From NCBI GenBank assembly GCA_947496065.1, contig CANMBF010000001.1:70018-134017 (forward strand): a stretch of DNA of 64,000 bases. Reading direction: 5' to 3'. Of the stretch, positions 32,061-41,918 are shown in pieces. A program made the position numbers and the translations under genes. This DNA comes from Bacteroidota bacterium (GTDB lineage: Bacteria > Bacteroidota > Bacteroidia > NS11-12g > UBA955). The number at the start of each line of letters is the position of its first letter. The first letter of the stretch is position 1. Below the pieces are notes generated by a model. It did no database searches. It was not told the DNA's origin and worked only from the letters and a program-made list of their open reading frames with translations.

Positions 32061-32068
32061 CAAAGGTA
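32061..32068 (-). promoter_or_regulatory. -7 promoter box TACCTTTG
   Basis: TAnnTTTG match 8 nt upstream of the rluB ATG. Confidence 0.55.
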
Positions 32069-32119
32069 CGGAAAAACCACTTGTCTTCCTCCTAATTAGA
32101 GACTTACCACTATTGCGTA

Positions 32120-32695
32120 TTACAACTCTATGAAAAGGTAAACAGACTTCATACGCTTAAAATAGTCAATCGTTAATTGTATTCTAAAGTCGCTTTTTAC
32201 AGTAAGATCGCTTATGAAAGATTTACTAGAGGGTGTTCCAACTAAACTATTTTTAGCATAAATAATTAAATTTTTAGCAGATGCTATCGCCTTTATTGGC
32301 TGTATTTCTGAACTAAAACAGACGGACATACTGCTACTTTCTAGTTTTAGACAGGTAACAATAAGTGTGTTTTCAATTTTTTCTGCAGAAATATGTTCAA
32401 TGCCATTATCATTGAATAAATCGGCGAGTTTTTTCTCGCCTAATGCAATGTTACCAAGATTTTTATCTGTTTTTAATTGAATAATTTGGGATAAAAAATC
32501 ATAACTATTACCACAAGTATTGAAGAAATAACCATTTTTTACCCATTCAGTTATAAAATCTTCATCTGCCAAAACCATTGATTCTTTAAAAATATCACTC
32601 TCAAAATTTAGCAAAGGATATTGGTTCGGAAGCGGTTGTACTAAACCCTTTCGAATCTGTTTTATTGTTTGTTCTTTTGGAGTAATATCAAACAC
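32120..32695 (-). CDS. Hypothetical protein, possibly divergent LUD (LutC/YkgG-like) domain
   Basis: N-terminus KEQTIKQIRKGLVQPLPNQYP and overall length resemble Bacteroidota LUD proteins; the C-terminal motifs are not clear. Confidence 0.5.
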   Translation of the reverse strand: MFDITPKEQTIKQIRKGLVQPLPNQYPLLNFESDIFKESMVLADEDFITEWVKNGYFFNTCGNSYDFLSQIIQLKTDKNLGNIALGEKKLADLFNDNGIEHISAEKIENTLIVTCLKLESSSMSVCFSSEIQPIKAIASAKNLIIYAKNSLVGTPSSKSFISDLTVKSDFRIQLTIDYFKRMKSVYLFIEL

Positions 32696-32763
32696 AATGA
32701 TTTGTAGAATAAAAACTACATTTGCAAAGTAATAGTAAAATAATTAGAAAACATCGTTAAATA

Positions 32764-34494
32764 TTGTCAGCTTCTACCAATGCCATATTGCATGCTTTAA
32801 ATAGTATTAAGCAACTACTCGATAAGTCCCATCAAAAAAAGGGGCGTAGGTTATTGGTATTAACAAGCCTTGTTTCAATTGCTGATGTAATTGGCTTAGC
32901 CGCTGTAGTGCCAATATTAATGTTAGCTATTGATGGTGATTTTTTGGAAAAAAGCAGCAAAGTGCGTTATGTTTTCAAGCATTCTGGTTTGCCAAGTGAG
33001 GCTAGTTTTTTGATTATTTTAATTTTAAGTGTAGTTGTATTTTTTGCCATTAAAAACATATTGGCAGTCAGTATTCAGAACAACATCCAAAAATTATGTA
33101 CTGAATTGGTTCAAAAGTTCACTGAAAAAACTTTTTACCATTCAGTGAATCAAAATTACCTTAAAATAGTCGCGAGCGGTACTTCAGAATTACTACAAAA
33201 AATACACTTTAATTCGTTTTATTACGCAACGGGTATTCTATTGCCTTTTATTGGTATTATTGGGGAAAGTGTGATTGTTATTTTTGTTATTTTATTCATT
33301 ATGTGGTTTAATCCTTTGGTGTTTTTACTAATTGCATTAATTACAGGACCAGCATTTTATTTCATTAATAAGACAGTTAAAAACAAGGTATATGCGCTCG
33401 GTCAAAAAGCAAAGGACCAAAGAGAGAAGACCATCGAGAGTTTGAATATTGGAATTAATGGTTTGGCAGACATTAAAATAAACCATACTTCAGGGTATTT
33501 TATTAAGGATTTTTTAGGCAAACAAAGGCCACTTTTAGAGTATGATTTTAAGTCGATGCAATATCAGCTAATACCTTCTCGTGCCAATGAATTTGTTGTT
33601 TTAATAGGCGTTATTATATTGGTAGTATATGGTTACTTTTTTTCACATAATCCAGGTGGGTTAAGATTGCTGGGTGCTATTTTTGTATTATCCGTTTTTA
33701 GATTGATACCAGCTTTAAATCGTCTGCTTGTCGCTTTAATGAAGATTAAGCATTACCAATACACCATAGATTTTTTAAGAAACAACGATACTGTTTCAAC
33801 TCAGCATTTAAAGCACCCTATAGTAGTTCATCAAAAAATTGAGTTGGTTAATATTGGCTTTAAATATGCAGACAGTTCAACAAATTTATTAAGCAACATT
33901 ACTTTAGCGATTAATAAGGGCGACATTATTGGCATAATTGGTAATAGTGGAAGCGGTAAAAGCACGTTATTAAAAATTGTAGCTGGTTTAATAAAACCTA
34001 ATGAGGGCGAGATAAGAATAGATGGAAAACCCTTACAATCTGAACAAATAAGCAGTTGGCAAAATCAGCTAGGTTTTGTACACCAATCTCCCTTTATTTT
34101 TAATAAATCATTGATTGAAAACATTACTTTTTCGGAGGTAGTAGATGATGAAAAATTAAATCGCGCAATTGAGAATTCTGGCATTTGCGAATTTATAAAT
34201 ACATTGCCGAACGGTATGCATACAGTTCTTGGTGAACAAGGCGTAAAAATTAGTGAGGGACAGAAGCAAAGAATTGCCATAGCAAGGGCTTTGTATAAGA
34301 ATGCAAAGGTGCTATTGTTTGATGAGGCAACCAGTGCTTTAGATGCAGAAGCTGAGCAAATCATCATAGAGAGCTTAAAGAAATTAAAGGATCAGCAGGT
34401 TACGATTTTAATTATTGCACATCAAAACAGAATACTGCATCTTTGCGACCAAATATTTAAAATCAAGGAAGGAATATTGACAAAAAATGACTGA
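32764..34494 (+). CDS. ABC exporter, fused TMD-NBD (PglK/HepA-like glycan or lipid flippase candidate)
   Basis: Six TM segments, Walker A GNSGSGKS, signature ISEGQKQR, Walker B LLFDE, H-loop IAH. Confidence 0.85.
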   Translation: MSASTNAILHALNSIKQLLDKSHQKKGRRLLVLTSLVSIADVIGLAAVVPILMLAIDGDFLEKSSKVRYVFKHSGLPSEASFLIILILSVVVFFAIKNILAVSIQNNIQKLCTELVQKFTEKTFYHSVNQNYLKIVASGTSELLQKIHFNSFYYATGILLPFIGIIGESVIVIFVILFIMWFNPLVFLLIALITGPAFYFINKTVKNKVYALGQKAKDQREKTIESLNIGINGLADIKINHTSGYFIKDFLGKQRPLLEYDFKSMQYQLIPSRANEFVVLIGVIILVVYGYFFSHNPGGLRLLGAIFVLSVFRLIPALNRLLVALMKIKHYQYTIDFLRNNDTVSTQHLKHPIVVHQKIELVNIGFKYADSSTNLLSNITLAINKGDIIGIIGNSGSGKSTLLKIVAGLIKPNEGEIRIDGKPLQSEQISSWQNQLGFVHQSPFIFNKSLIENITFSEVVDDEKLNRAIENSGICEFINTLPNGMHTVLGEQGVKISEGQKQRIAIARALYKNAKVLLFDEATSALDAEAEQIIIESLKKLKDQQVTILIIAHQNRILHLCDQIFKIKEGILTKND

Positions 34495-35518
34495 TATAAA
34501 AAAAATAAAATTTGCAGTTATAGGTACAGGACATATTGGCAAACGCCATATCGAAATGATCTCAAGACATGGTGAATCGGAGTTAGTGGCACTATGTGAT
34601 ATAAAGCCACAAGACACTTTATCAATAGAGAATTATAAGGTGCCCTTTTTTAATACCTTGAACGAGTTAATGCAATCAGGTATTGAATTCGATGTGTTGA
34701 GTATTGCCACACCCAATGGTTTACATGCCGAGCATGCATTAATAGGCCTTGAACATAAAAAGCATATTGTCATTGAAAAACCAATGGCACTCAGTAAAGC
34801 CGATTGCGAAAAAATTATTTTTAAAGCCTTACAAGTTTCAAGACAGGTATTTTGTGTGATGCAAAATCGTTATTCTCCGCCTTCTGAATGGATTAAAAAA
34901 ATAGTTGAAGATGGTCTTTTGGGATCTATTTACATGGTTCAAATAAACTGTTATTGGAACAGAGATAGCCGCTATTACAAATCCGATGGTTGGAAGGGAA
35001 AATTAGCCTTGGATGGTGGCACTTTATTTACCCAATTTTCACACTTTATCGATATTATGTATTGGTTATTTGGTGATATTTCAGATATACAAGCTAAGTT
35101 CAATGATTTTAGCCATGCAACGCTAACAGATTTTGAAGATAGTGGAATGGTTAATTTTAATTTTGTAAATGGCGGAATGGGATCTTTAAACTATTCGACT
35201 TCTGTTTGGGACAAAAATTTGGAAAGTAGTTTAACGATTGTTGCTGAAAAGGGCAGTGTTAAAATAGGAGGACAATACATGAATGAAGTGGAGTACTGTC
35301 ATGTTGAAAGTTATGAAATGCCTGTTTTAGCTGAAGCTAATCCTGCCAATGACTATGGTCCTTACAAAGGGTCGGCTGCCAATCACAATTATGTATACGA
35401 AAATGTAATTGATACATTGAGAAACAGAACAACGGTTACTACCAATGCATTAGAAGGATTAAAAGTAGTAGAGATTATTGAACGAATCTATTCTCTAAAT
35501 CCATTCATCAAAAGTTAG
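34487..35518 (+). CDS. Gfo/Idh/MocA oxidoreductase, WlbA/WbpB-like nucleotide-sugar 3-dehydrogenase
   Basis: [45 protein letters not shown]. Confidence 0.8.
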   Translation: MTDIKKIKFAVIGTGHIGKRHIEMISRHGESELVALCDIKPQDTLSIENYKVPFFNTLNELMQSGIEFDVLSIATPNGLHAEHALIGLEHKKHIVIEKPMALSKADCEKIIFKALQVSRQVFCVMQNRYSPPSEWIKKIVEDGLLGSIYMVQINCYWNRDSRYYKSDGWKGKLALDGGTLFTQFSHFIDIMYWLFGDISDIQAKFNDFSHATLTDFEDSGMVNFNFVNGGMGSLNYSTSVWDKNLESSLTIVAEKGSVKIGGQYMNEVEYCHVESYEMPVLAEANPANDYGPYKGSAANHNYVYENVIDTLRNRTTVTTNALEGLKVVEIIERIYSLNPFIKS

Positions 35519-35519
35519 T

Positions 35520-36236
35520 ATGCGTAAACTATCAATTATTATTCCAGCATATAATGAAGCCAATACCATTCATTTAATTTTGAATAAAGTTCATGCTGTG
35601 GAATTGATAGGTGGTATGACAAAAGAAATTCTCATTATCAATGATTGTTCAAAAGACAATACAGAAGCAGCAATTTTTAGCTACATAAAAGAGCATCCTG
35701 AATTAAATATTCAATACAGAAAGCACGAAGTAAACAAAGGCAAAGGAGCGGCATTGCATACTGGTATTAAGGAGGCAACAGGTGATTACGTTATTGTACA
35801 AGATGCCGATTTGGAATACGATCCAAATGAATATAATATTTTGCTTAAACCAATTTTAGATGGTTTTGCCGATGTAGTTTATGGTACCCGATTCATGGGT
35901 GGCAAGCCGCACAGAATTTTATTCTTTTGGCACTCAATTGGCAATAAATTTTTAACGCAGTTAAGCAATTCTCTCACCAATCTTAATTTAACTGACATGG
36001 AAACATGTTATAAATTATTCAAACGAGATATTATACAATCCATACATTTTAAAGAAAACCGATTTGGGTTCGAACCTGAAGTTACTGCAAAAATAGCAAG
36101 AATAAAAGGAGTGAGAATATACGAAGTTGGCATTTCGTATTATGGTAGAACCTACTTAGAAGGTAAAAAAATTGGTTGGAAAGATGGTTTTCGTGCCATT
36201 TATTGTATTATTAAATACAATATCTTTAGTCGCTAA
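35520..36236 (+). CDS. GT2 glycosyltransferase (polyprenol-phosphate/DPM1-like)
   Basis: [44 protein letters not shown]. Confidence 0.9.
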   Translation: MRKLSIIIPAYNEANTIHLILNKVHAVELIGGMTKEILIINDCSKDNTEAAIFSYIKEHPELNIQYRKHEVNKGKGAALHTGIKEATGDYVIVQDADLEYDPNEYNILLKPILDGFADVVYGTRFMGGKPHRILFFWHSIGNKFLTQLSNSLTNLNLTDMETCYKLFKRDIIQSIHFKENRFGFEPEVTAKIARIKGVRIYEVGISYYGRTYLEGKKIGWKDGFRAIYCIIKYNIFSR

Positions 36237-36246
36237 TACAGCTCAT

Positions 36247-36350
36247 GCTTTATGTGTTTATTCATTCTTTCCTGGGAAATCATCGCTTAATATTGTCGTT
36301 GAGGACAGTTCTCCGCAACTTTTACTTGTTGCCTAACCCGAACTTACTTT
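36247..36350 (+). mobile_element. Isolated 3' end of an IS982-family element
   Basis: Encodes ALCVYSFFPGKSSLNIVVEDSSPQLLLVA* followed by ACCCGAACTTACTTT; closely similar to 41044-41146 in the same orientation. Confidence 0.8.
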
Positions 36351-36352
36351 AA

Positions 36353-37336
36353 TTAATCATTTAAAATAGGCACGGCCTTTGTTAAAGAATCGTAATGGTG
36401 AATTAATTCATTTGTATATTGTTTGGCACCTTTGGTGTTTAAGTGAATATGCATATAAAACATGGTCGAATCGTTGTATGAGGGGGAGTTAAAATTTTTG
36501 AAGGGTATATTTTTTCTCTTCGAATAATTATTCAATGTATCTATTAAGCTCTGGGATACCTTGCCATAGGAGGGGTAGGACTGGGGTGGATAAATAAGAT
36601 TTAATTCTATGGAATTTTGCCTACAATAGGTTACGAAAGAATCGATATACTGAAAATTGAGCTTGCCGATTGTTTTATTAGGGGTATTCCATCTGCTCTC
36701 TTTAATGTTGCCCCATAACCATTTCGAAGGATTGGAGCCGTATTCGAATAATCGGTAGTCACTCTCTGGGTTCTTGGTCTGTATTTTATCGTGCTTTAAT
36801 AAATGGCGGATAAACAAATCTTTATATCCTATGTACCGTATTAATGGCACATATTGTTCAAAACCATTGTATCCTCTCTCTTTGCTAAAGTGTTTATTTA
36901 TTTTTAGATTATTTAAGAACAGGTAGGATAGGTAATTTTCTTTGCCATAAAATGTATTAGCCTGTAAACCCTCGATAATTGTAAAAGTGGGATCAAATTG
37001 CAGGTATATTAATTCGGGCGGTGGGTTATTTTCCATGTACTTTATAAATTTATACCATAGTACCTCCGAACCCCTGCCGTTTTGCGCTAGTGAGTAAGCC
37101 TTTACCTGCGTTTGCGAACTAAATTCTTTTACATCGACATGCACCCAAGTTCTGGAATTTCCTATAAAAAGCACCTTATTAGTATAGTTTCTCTTTATGT
37201 GCCAGTCGGCCTGCAACAAATACTGAGTATTGGATACATTATTCCATATTATAACCTCTAAAATGGCTAGTATACAAAAAATTAACAATAGATATGTTAT
37301 AAGTCGAGAAACGAGTTTGTAGACGAACTTTTTCAT
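36353..37336 (-). CDS. SGNH-like periplasmic O-acyltransferase partner of the MBOAT protein
   Basis: N-terminal TM anchor, FIGNSR block I, C-terminal HLNTKGA; starts 1 nt after the MBOAT stop. Confidence 0.7.
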   Translation of the reverse strand: MKKFVYKLVSRLITYLLLIFCILAILEVIIWNNVSNTQYLLQADWHIKRNYTNKVLFIGNSRTWVHVDVKEFSSQTQVKAYSLAQNGRGSEVLWYKFIKYMENNPPPELIYLQFDPTFTIIEGLQANTFYGKENYLSYLFLNNLKINKHFSKERGYNGFEQYVPLIRYIGYKDLFIRHLLKHDKIQTKNPESDYRLFEYGSNPSKWLWGNIKESRWNTPNKTIGKLNFQYIDSFVTYCRQNSIELNLIYPPQSYPSYGKVSQSLIDTLNNYSKRKNIPFKNFNSPSYNDSTMFYMHIHLNTKGAKQYTNELIHHYDSLTKAVPILND

Positions 37337-37337
37337 T

Positions 37338-38786
37338 TTAAAATTGAAAATAAATGAATTCTGGCTTGTTCTTTAGCAATATCTCTATTAACAGATAAAT
37401 TAATGTTAAAGCCAGTATTATAAAATAAATAAGGTGTTTGGCGGTTTTATTATGCGGAATCCTCAATTGCCTCTCATCCCTTCTCATCCACCAATCGCCA
37501 AGCACAAGTGGAATAATGTATACGAATGCCATTTTATTATTTGTAAGTCCTAACCATGGACCTTGGTGTGCTACAAAAATGCATTTTATATAATTTAAGG
37601 CCATTGGCATTCCATCTGCTCTAAAAAATATCCAAGCAAATGTTACAAAAACAAACGTTGTTGCCATTTGCCAAAGTTCCTTTAGGTTGGGCAGTATACG
37701 ATTGCTGGCAACTACGTCACTTATGTGTTTGCGATTACGGCCTAATATAAGCAGCGGTAAAAAGCCACACGCATGTATGAAACCCCAAGCAATAAAATTC
37801 CATCTTGCTCCATGCCAAAATCCGCTTACAAGGAATATAATAAAGGTGTTTCTTATAGCTGTATGTTTACCGTTTTTTGACCCACCCAGGGGTATATACA
37901 AATAATCTCTGAACCATGAGGATAATGAAATATGCCAGCGCCTCCAAAACTCAGCCACATCACGTGCAAAGTAAGGAAACCTAAAATTGGTTAACAACTC
38001 AAAACCAAACAGTTTTGCAGTGCCCAAGGCAATATCCGAGTACCCACTGAAGTCGCCATAAATTTGGAAGCTAAAGGCTACAGCGCCTGTAATTAAAGTT
38101 GTACTATCTACCTGCTGGTAATTAAGAAATATAGGATCAACAATACCGGCAAGGCTATCGGCTATCACCACTTTTTTAAACAATCCCCAAAGAATAAGGC
38201 GGCAACCTTCTACCGCTCTAGTATAGTTAAACGACCTTGGCTGCTGTACCTGTGGCAATAAATGGCTGGCACGTTCAATAGGCCCTGCAACAAGCAGTGG
38301 AAAAAAACTAACGAATACTGCATAATCAACAAAATTTTTAACTGGTGTTTGTTGTTTTCGATAAATATCAAAAACATAAGACATACCATGAAAGGTGTAA
38401 AAAGAAATTCCTATGGGTAAAGCCACATGCAATAATATAGGATGGGTATACACTCCTAATAGCTCAAAGCCATGCTGAAACTGTAAAACAAAGAAATTAT
38501 AATATTTAAATACAGCCAGTATACCAAGGTTATTGATAATGCTGAGCCATAAAAACAATTTTGCTTTTCTGCGATTTGGAGAGGCCACCCCAAAACCATA
38601 CAAGTAATCTAATACTGTGCTGAGCATAAGCAAGCCCATAAATTTGCTGCTCCACCAACCATAAAAAAAGTAACTGGCAATTAATAACAGGCCATTTTGC
38701 AAGCTTAATTGTTTATTAAAAACAAACCAATAAAGTATAAAAACTATTGGCAGGAATATTAAAAACTCAAATGAATTGAATAACAT
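37338..38786 (-). CDS. MBOAT O-acyltransferase (AlgI/PatA/DltB-like)
   Basis: MLFNSFEFLIF, LPIGISFYTF, FFPLLVAGPIER, QIYGDFSGYSD, FWRRWHISLS, GFWHGA, terminal FIYFQF. Confidence 0.93.
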   Translation of the reverse strand: MLFNSFEFLIFLPIVFILYWFVFNKQLSLQNGLLLIASYFFYGWWSSKFMGLLMLSTVLDYLYGFGVASPNRRKAKLFLWLSIINNLGILAVFKYYNFFVLQFQHGFELLGVYTHPILLHVALPIGISFYTFHGMSYVFDIYRKQQTPVKNFVDYAVFVSFFPLLVAGPIERASHLLPQVQQPRSFNYTRAVEGCRLILWGLFKKVVIADSLAGIVDPIFLNYQQVDSTTLITGAVAFSFQIYGDFSGYSDIALGTAKLFGFELLTNFRFPYFARDVAEFWRRWHISLSSWFRDYLYIPLGGSKNGKHTAIRNTFIIFLVSGFWHGARWNFIAWGFIHACGFLPLLILGRNRKHISDVVASNRILPNLKELWQMATTFVFVTFAWIFFRADGMPMALNYIKCIFVAHQGPWLGLTNNKMAFVYIIPLVLGDWWMRRDERQLRIPHNKTAKHLIYFIILALTLIYLLIEILLKNKPEFIYFQF

Positions 38787-39194
38787 TGATTAATATTTGA
38801 ATTATTAATTTAAAATGTGAATATAAAGTGCAGAAACACTCATACAATAATAATAGATTTATGTAAACGGAAAGTTCGTAATAGGCAATAGTATAAAAAA
38901 ACTTTTAAAAACAAGCAAAAAGAAAGGATTTTTATTGTATAAATATTTAAATAACAGTAAAATATAAATAAAATAATAATTACTATGATAGAGACAAAAT
39001 TATTGAAATTTTCGCAATAGTAGATGATTTTTATATTGAATTTGAACAATAAATCAAAAATCATCCTATTTCTAATTTGAAAAACACTTAAATATAAAAT
39101 AGTAAAGCCTCCTTAAGTGATAGTGATGTAACCCTCCCCAAAAATATTACAGTTTAAAGAGTTACAAAAAGTAATTAATTTTAAACTGACTAGT

Positions 39195-40268
39195 ATAAGA
39201 AAATCAAAATTTACAGAAGTGCAAATTTTAAAAGCACTAAAAGAGCATGAAAAAAGACAGGTCAGCAGAAGACAAAATCTGTGACTTGGATATTCAAAAA
39301 GTTACTTTTTTTTACAGATGGAAGCTAGATTATTCAGGAATGAATACTACGCAAATGTCAGAATTAAAAGCACTAAGAGAAGAAAACCAAAAGTTAAAGA
39401 CCATGTATGCTGATATGGCTATAGACAATAAAGCTCTTAAGGATGTGTTGTCAAAAAAGTTCTGAAGCCTTTTGACCGCAGAGAACGGGTTGATTATATT
39501 TTATCTGAATACAAATATAGTCTGTTCAAGGCTTGTAAATTAATGAACCTATCCCGAATAGTATACAAATATAAATCGAAGAGAGATGATAGCCAGGTAG
39601 AAGACAAGGTGCTTTCTTTGGCGCTAAATATGCCAACAGATGGGCAAGATATGATTTATTATAGAATAAGGAACGAGGCTGTAAAATGAAATTTCAAACG
39701 CGTTAGAAGGATTTCAAGTAATTTAAATTTAAACAAGAGAACCAAAACACGAAAAAGAATACCTGCTAGAATAAAGGAGCCACTAGTCTGTCCAGAAGAG
39801 CCAAACCATGGATGGTCAATGGACTTCATGCATGACGTTCTGAGCAATGGAAGAAAATTCAGGACTTTGAATGTAATTGATGACTAAAATAGAGAAGTTC
39901 TTGCAATAAGAGCTCATTTAAGTATAGGCTCAAAATTGGTAACTGATGTATTATATGATATTACAACTGAAAGAGGGAAACCAAAAATTATTAGGGTTGA
40001 TAATGGTCCAGAATTTATATCAAGTGTTTTAGGGGATTGGTGCTAAAAGAGAGATATTAAATTGTAATGTATACGACCTAGAAAGCCTACCCAAAATGGC
40101 TATGTAGAAAGATTTAATAGAACTTTTAGAAGAGAAATACTAGATGCATACATATTCGATAGCTTGGATCAGGTCAGACTACTGACAGAAGAATGAATAC
40201 AAGAATACAACACAGAGCGACCTCATGAATCATTGTGTGGCATACCTCCAGCGCAATACCGCAAGTAA
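39195..40268 (+). pseudogene. IS3 orfA/orfB transposase pseudogene
   Basis: orfA RKSKFTEVQILKAL...LKDVLSKKF with A6G slippery site at 39453-39459. orf[27 protein letters not shown], with in-frame stops at 39885, 40044 and 40194 among others. Confidence 0.9.
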
Positions 40269-40277
40269 AATTCTAAT

Positions 40278-40313
40278 TTTAAAAGCAGGGGGGCTATCCC
40301 CCCTGCTTTTAAA
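40278..40313. terminator. Perfect 16-bp stem hairpin inside the IS3 right end
   Basis: TTTAAAAGCAGGGGGG-CTAT-CCCCCCTGCTTTTAAA. Confidence 0.75.
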
Positions 40314-41263
40314 GAATCTTTACTATTTAAGAATTAAATGAGAAATATTATCTTTGAATCCTGTACTAAAAAAGGGAGGGTTACCGTGAGATTATCACTA
40401 TTTTGATTGCTTTCCAAACACGTCATTTTACCAATTTAAAATAAGTTTTATTTGCGGCATATTATTGTATATCAAACGGATTTTTTTACATTCCTGGTAT
40501 CATATAATCGCTTTGTTGAGATGCAACAAAAATGGGTAGCTCTTCCAAAGATGCTGTTCTTAAAAACTAAATGTCTAGGTAAATCATTAGGCATTAATTT
40601 CATTTACTCTAATTAAATCAAAGTTTGCCACAATAAAAGAATACAAATTCACTAGGTATCTAAAGGTGCCAGCGAAAAAGACCAATGCTCAATTGGATAG
40701 TTTTATGGATTTAAACTTCATTTGATAATCAATGATAAAGGGGAGATCCTTTTCTTCTATCTAGCCAAGGGCAATGTGTATGACAGAAAAAACATTAGGT
40801 AAACTCTTTGGTGACAAATGATACATCTCAAAAGCCTTATATGATCTACTATGGGGCAATGGAATACAGATGATTTCTAAGCCAAGAAAAAATACGAAAG
40901 AAATTAATATCAAACAATCGGATAAAATCCTCCAGAAGAAAAGTGCCATTATTCAATGTACATATGATGAATTGAAAAGTATCATGAACGTCAGGATACC
41001 AAACACAGAAGTATAAATAATTTTCTTTTCAACATAATGGGAGTTTTATGCTTTTATTCATTCTTCCATAAGTAACCATCGCTTAATATTGTCTTTGAGG
41101 CTAGTTCTCCGCAACTTTTACTCGTCGCTTAACCCTTACTCGCATTATAATTATTTAGTCACCAAAGTCGTGAAGATTTAACATTTTATTTCTAAACACA
41201 GTGTTCATAATATTTATTAGCAGTCAATAAAAAATCGAGTAGGTTTGCTACTCAATATTATTG

Positions 41264-41788
41264 ATGATTGAAACATTGATTACTTCTAAGACGAGGGTAA
41301 AGTTACTGTTAAAATTTTTTTTAAACAGTGATACCAAATCGTATTTAAGAAACCTTGAATCAGAATTTGGTGAATCAACCAATGCCATCCGTTTAGAGCT
41401 TAATAAATTTGAAAAGGCGGGCATGCTGCAAAGCGAATTGGAGGGCAATAAAAAACTTTACAAAGCCAACACTAGTCATCCATTATACAAGGATATTAAC
41501 AACATCGTTTTCAAATATGTTGGTCTCGATTGGATTGTAGAGCATATCGTTTCGAAGCTTGGAAATTTAGAAAGCGTCTTTCTATCTGGAACATTTGCAA
41601 AGGGGCTAGATAGTAAGCAAATTGATCTTGTTATTATAGGAAAAGTTGATGAAGATTATTTAAAAGAATTATGCGAAAAAATTGGAAAGAAAATCAATCG
41701 CAAAATCGACTATACAATTGTTGAAAAATTGAGTATCAAAGACGGTATTTACTTACTACTTTGGTCGAGAGAAAATAAGAATAAATAA
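41264..41788 (+). CDS. Winged-HTH (ArsR-like) regulator with nucleotidyltransferase-like C-terminal domain
   Basis: LITSKTRVKLLLKFF, YLRNLESEFGESTNAIRLELN HTH; SGTFAKGLDSKQIDL. Confidence 0.8.
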   Translation: MIETLITSKTRVKLLLKFFLNSDTKSYLRNLESEFGESTNAIRLELNKFEKAGMLQSELEGNKKLYKANTSHPLYKDINNIVFKYVGLDWIVEHIVSKLGNLESVFLSGTFAKGLDSKQIDLVIIGKVDEDYLKELCEKIGKKINRKIDYTIVEKLSIKDGIYLLLWSRENKNK

Positions 41789-41835
41789 TCTGGCATTTAG
41801 TTTTCACAACTAAGCGGTTGGATTGTTTAAAATAC

Positions 41836-41907
41836 ACCTGATACCAATGGTTCAGGTAAATTGTTAGCCCACTTTCTTGGATCACAAATGTGACCGAGGA
41901 GGCAGCG
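41836..41907 (+). promoter_or_regulatory. Structured leader with ops-like pause element upstream of upxY
   Basis: Hairpin ACCTGA..TCAGGT (41836-41857), then GCCCAC, hairpin TTCTTGGATCAC-AAAT-GTGACCGAGGA, and immediately GGCAGCG. Confidence 0.55.
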
Positions 41908-41918
41908 CTTTAAATAAA

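Larger units (their letters stand above)
39127..40385 (+). mobile_element. Decayed IS3-family element (1259 bp)
   Basis: Inverted ends TGTAACCCTCCC...ACAG and CTGT...GGGAGGGTTACC; GTGA duplicated at 39123-39126 and 40386-40389. Confidence 0.92.
38866..41146 (+). mobile_element. Decayed IS982-family element interrupted by an IS3 element
   Basis: Transposase relic 38985-41132 with KIIEIFAIVDDF, SDSE|IITILIAF, SYNRFVE, G*FYGFKLHLIINDKGEIL and LFGDK, plus many stops and frameshifts. Ends are degenerate, so boundaries are approximate. Confidence 0.82.

Noticed and set aside
38840..40949. Small ORFs 38840..39064, 39659..39847 and 40761..40949 as genes
   Set aside because: Antisense fragments of decayed IS sequence.
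41264..41788. MNT-HEPN toxin-antitoxin system
   Set aside because: No HEPN partner adjacent, and the NTase motif is degenerate.
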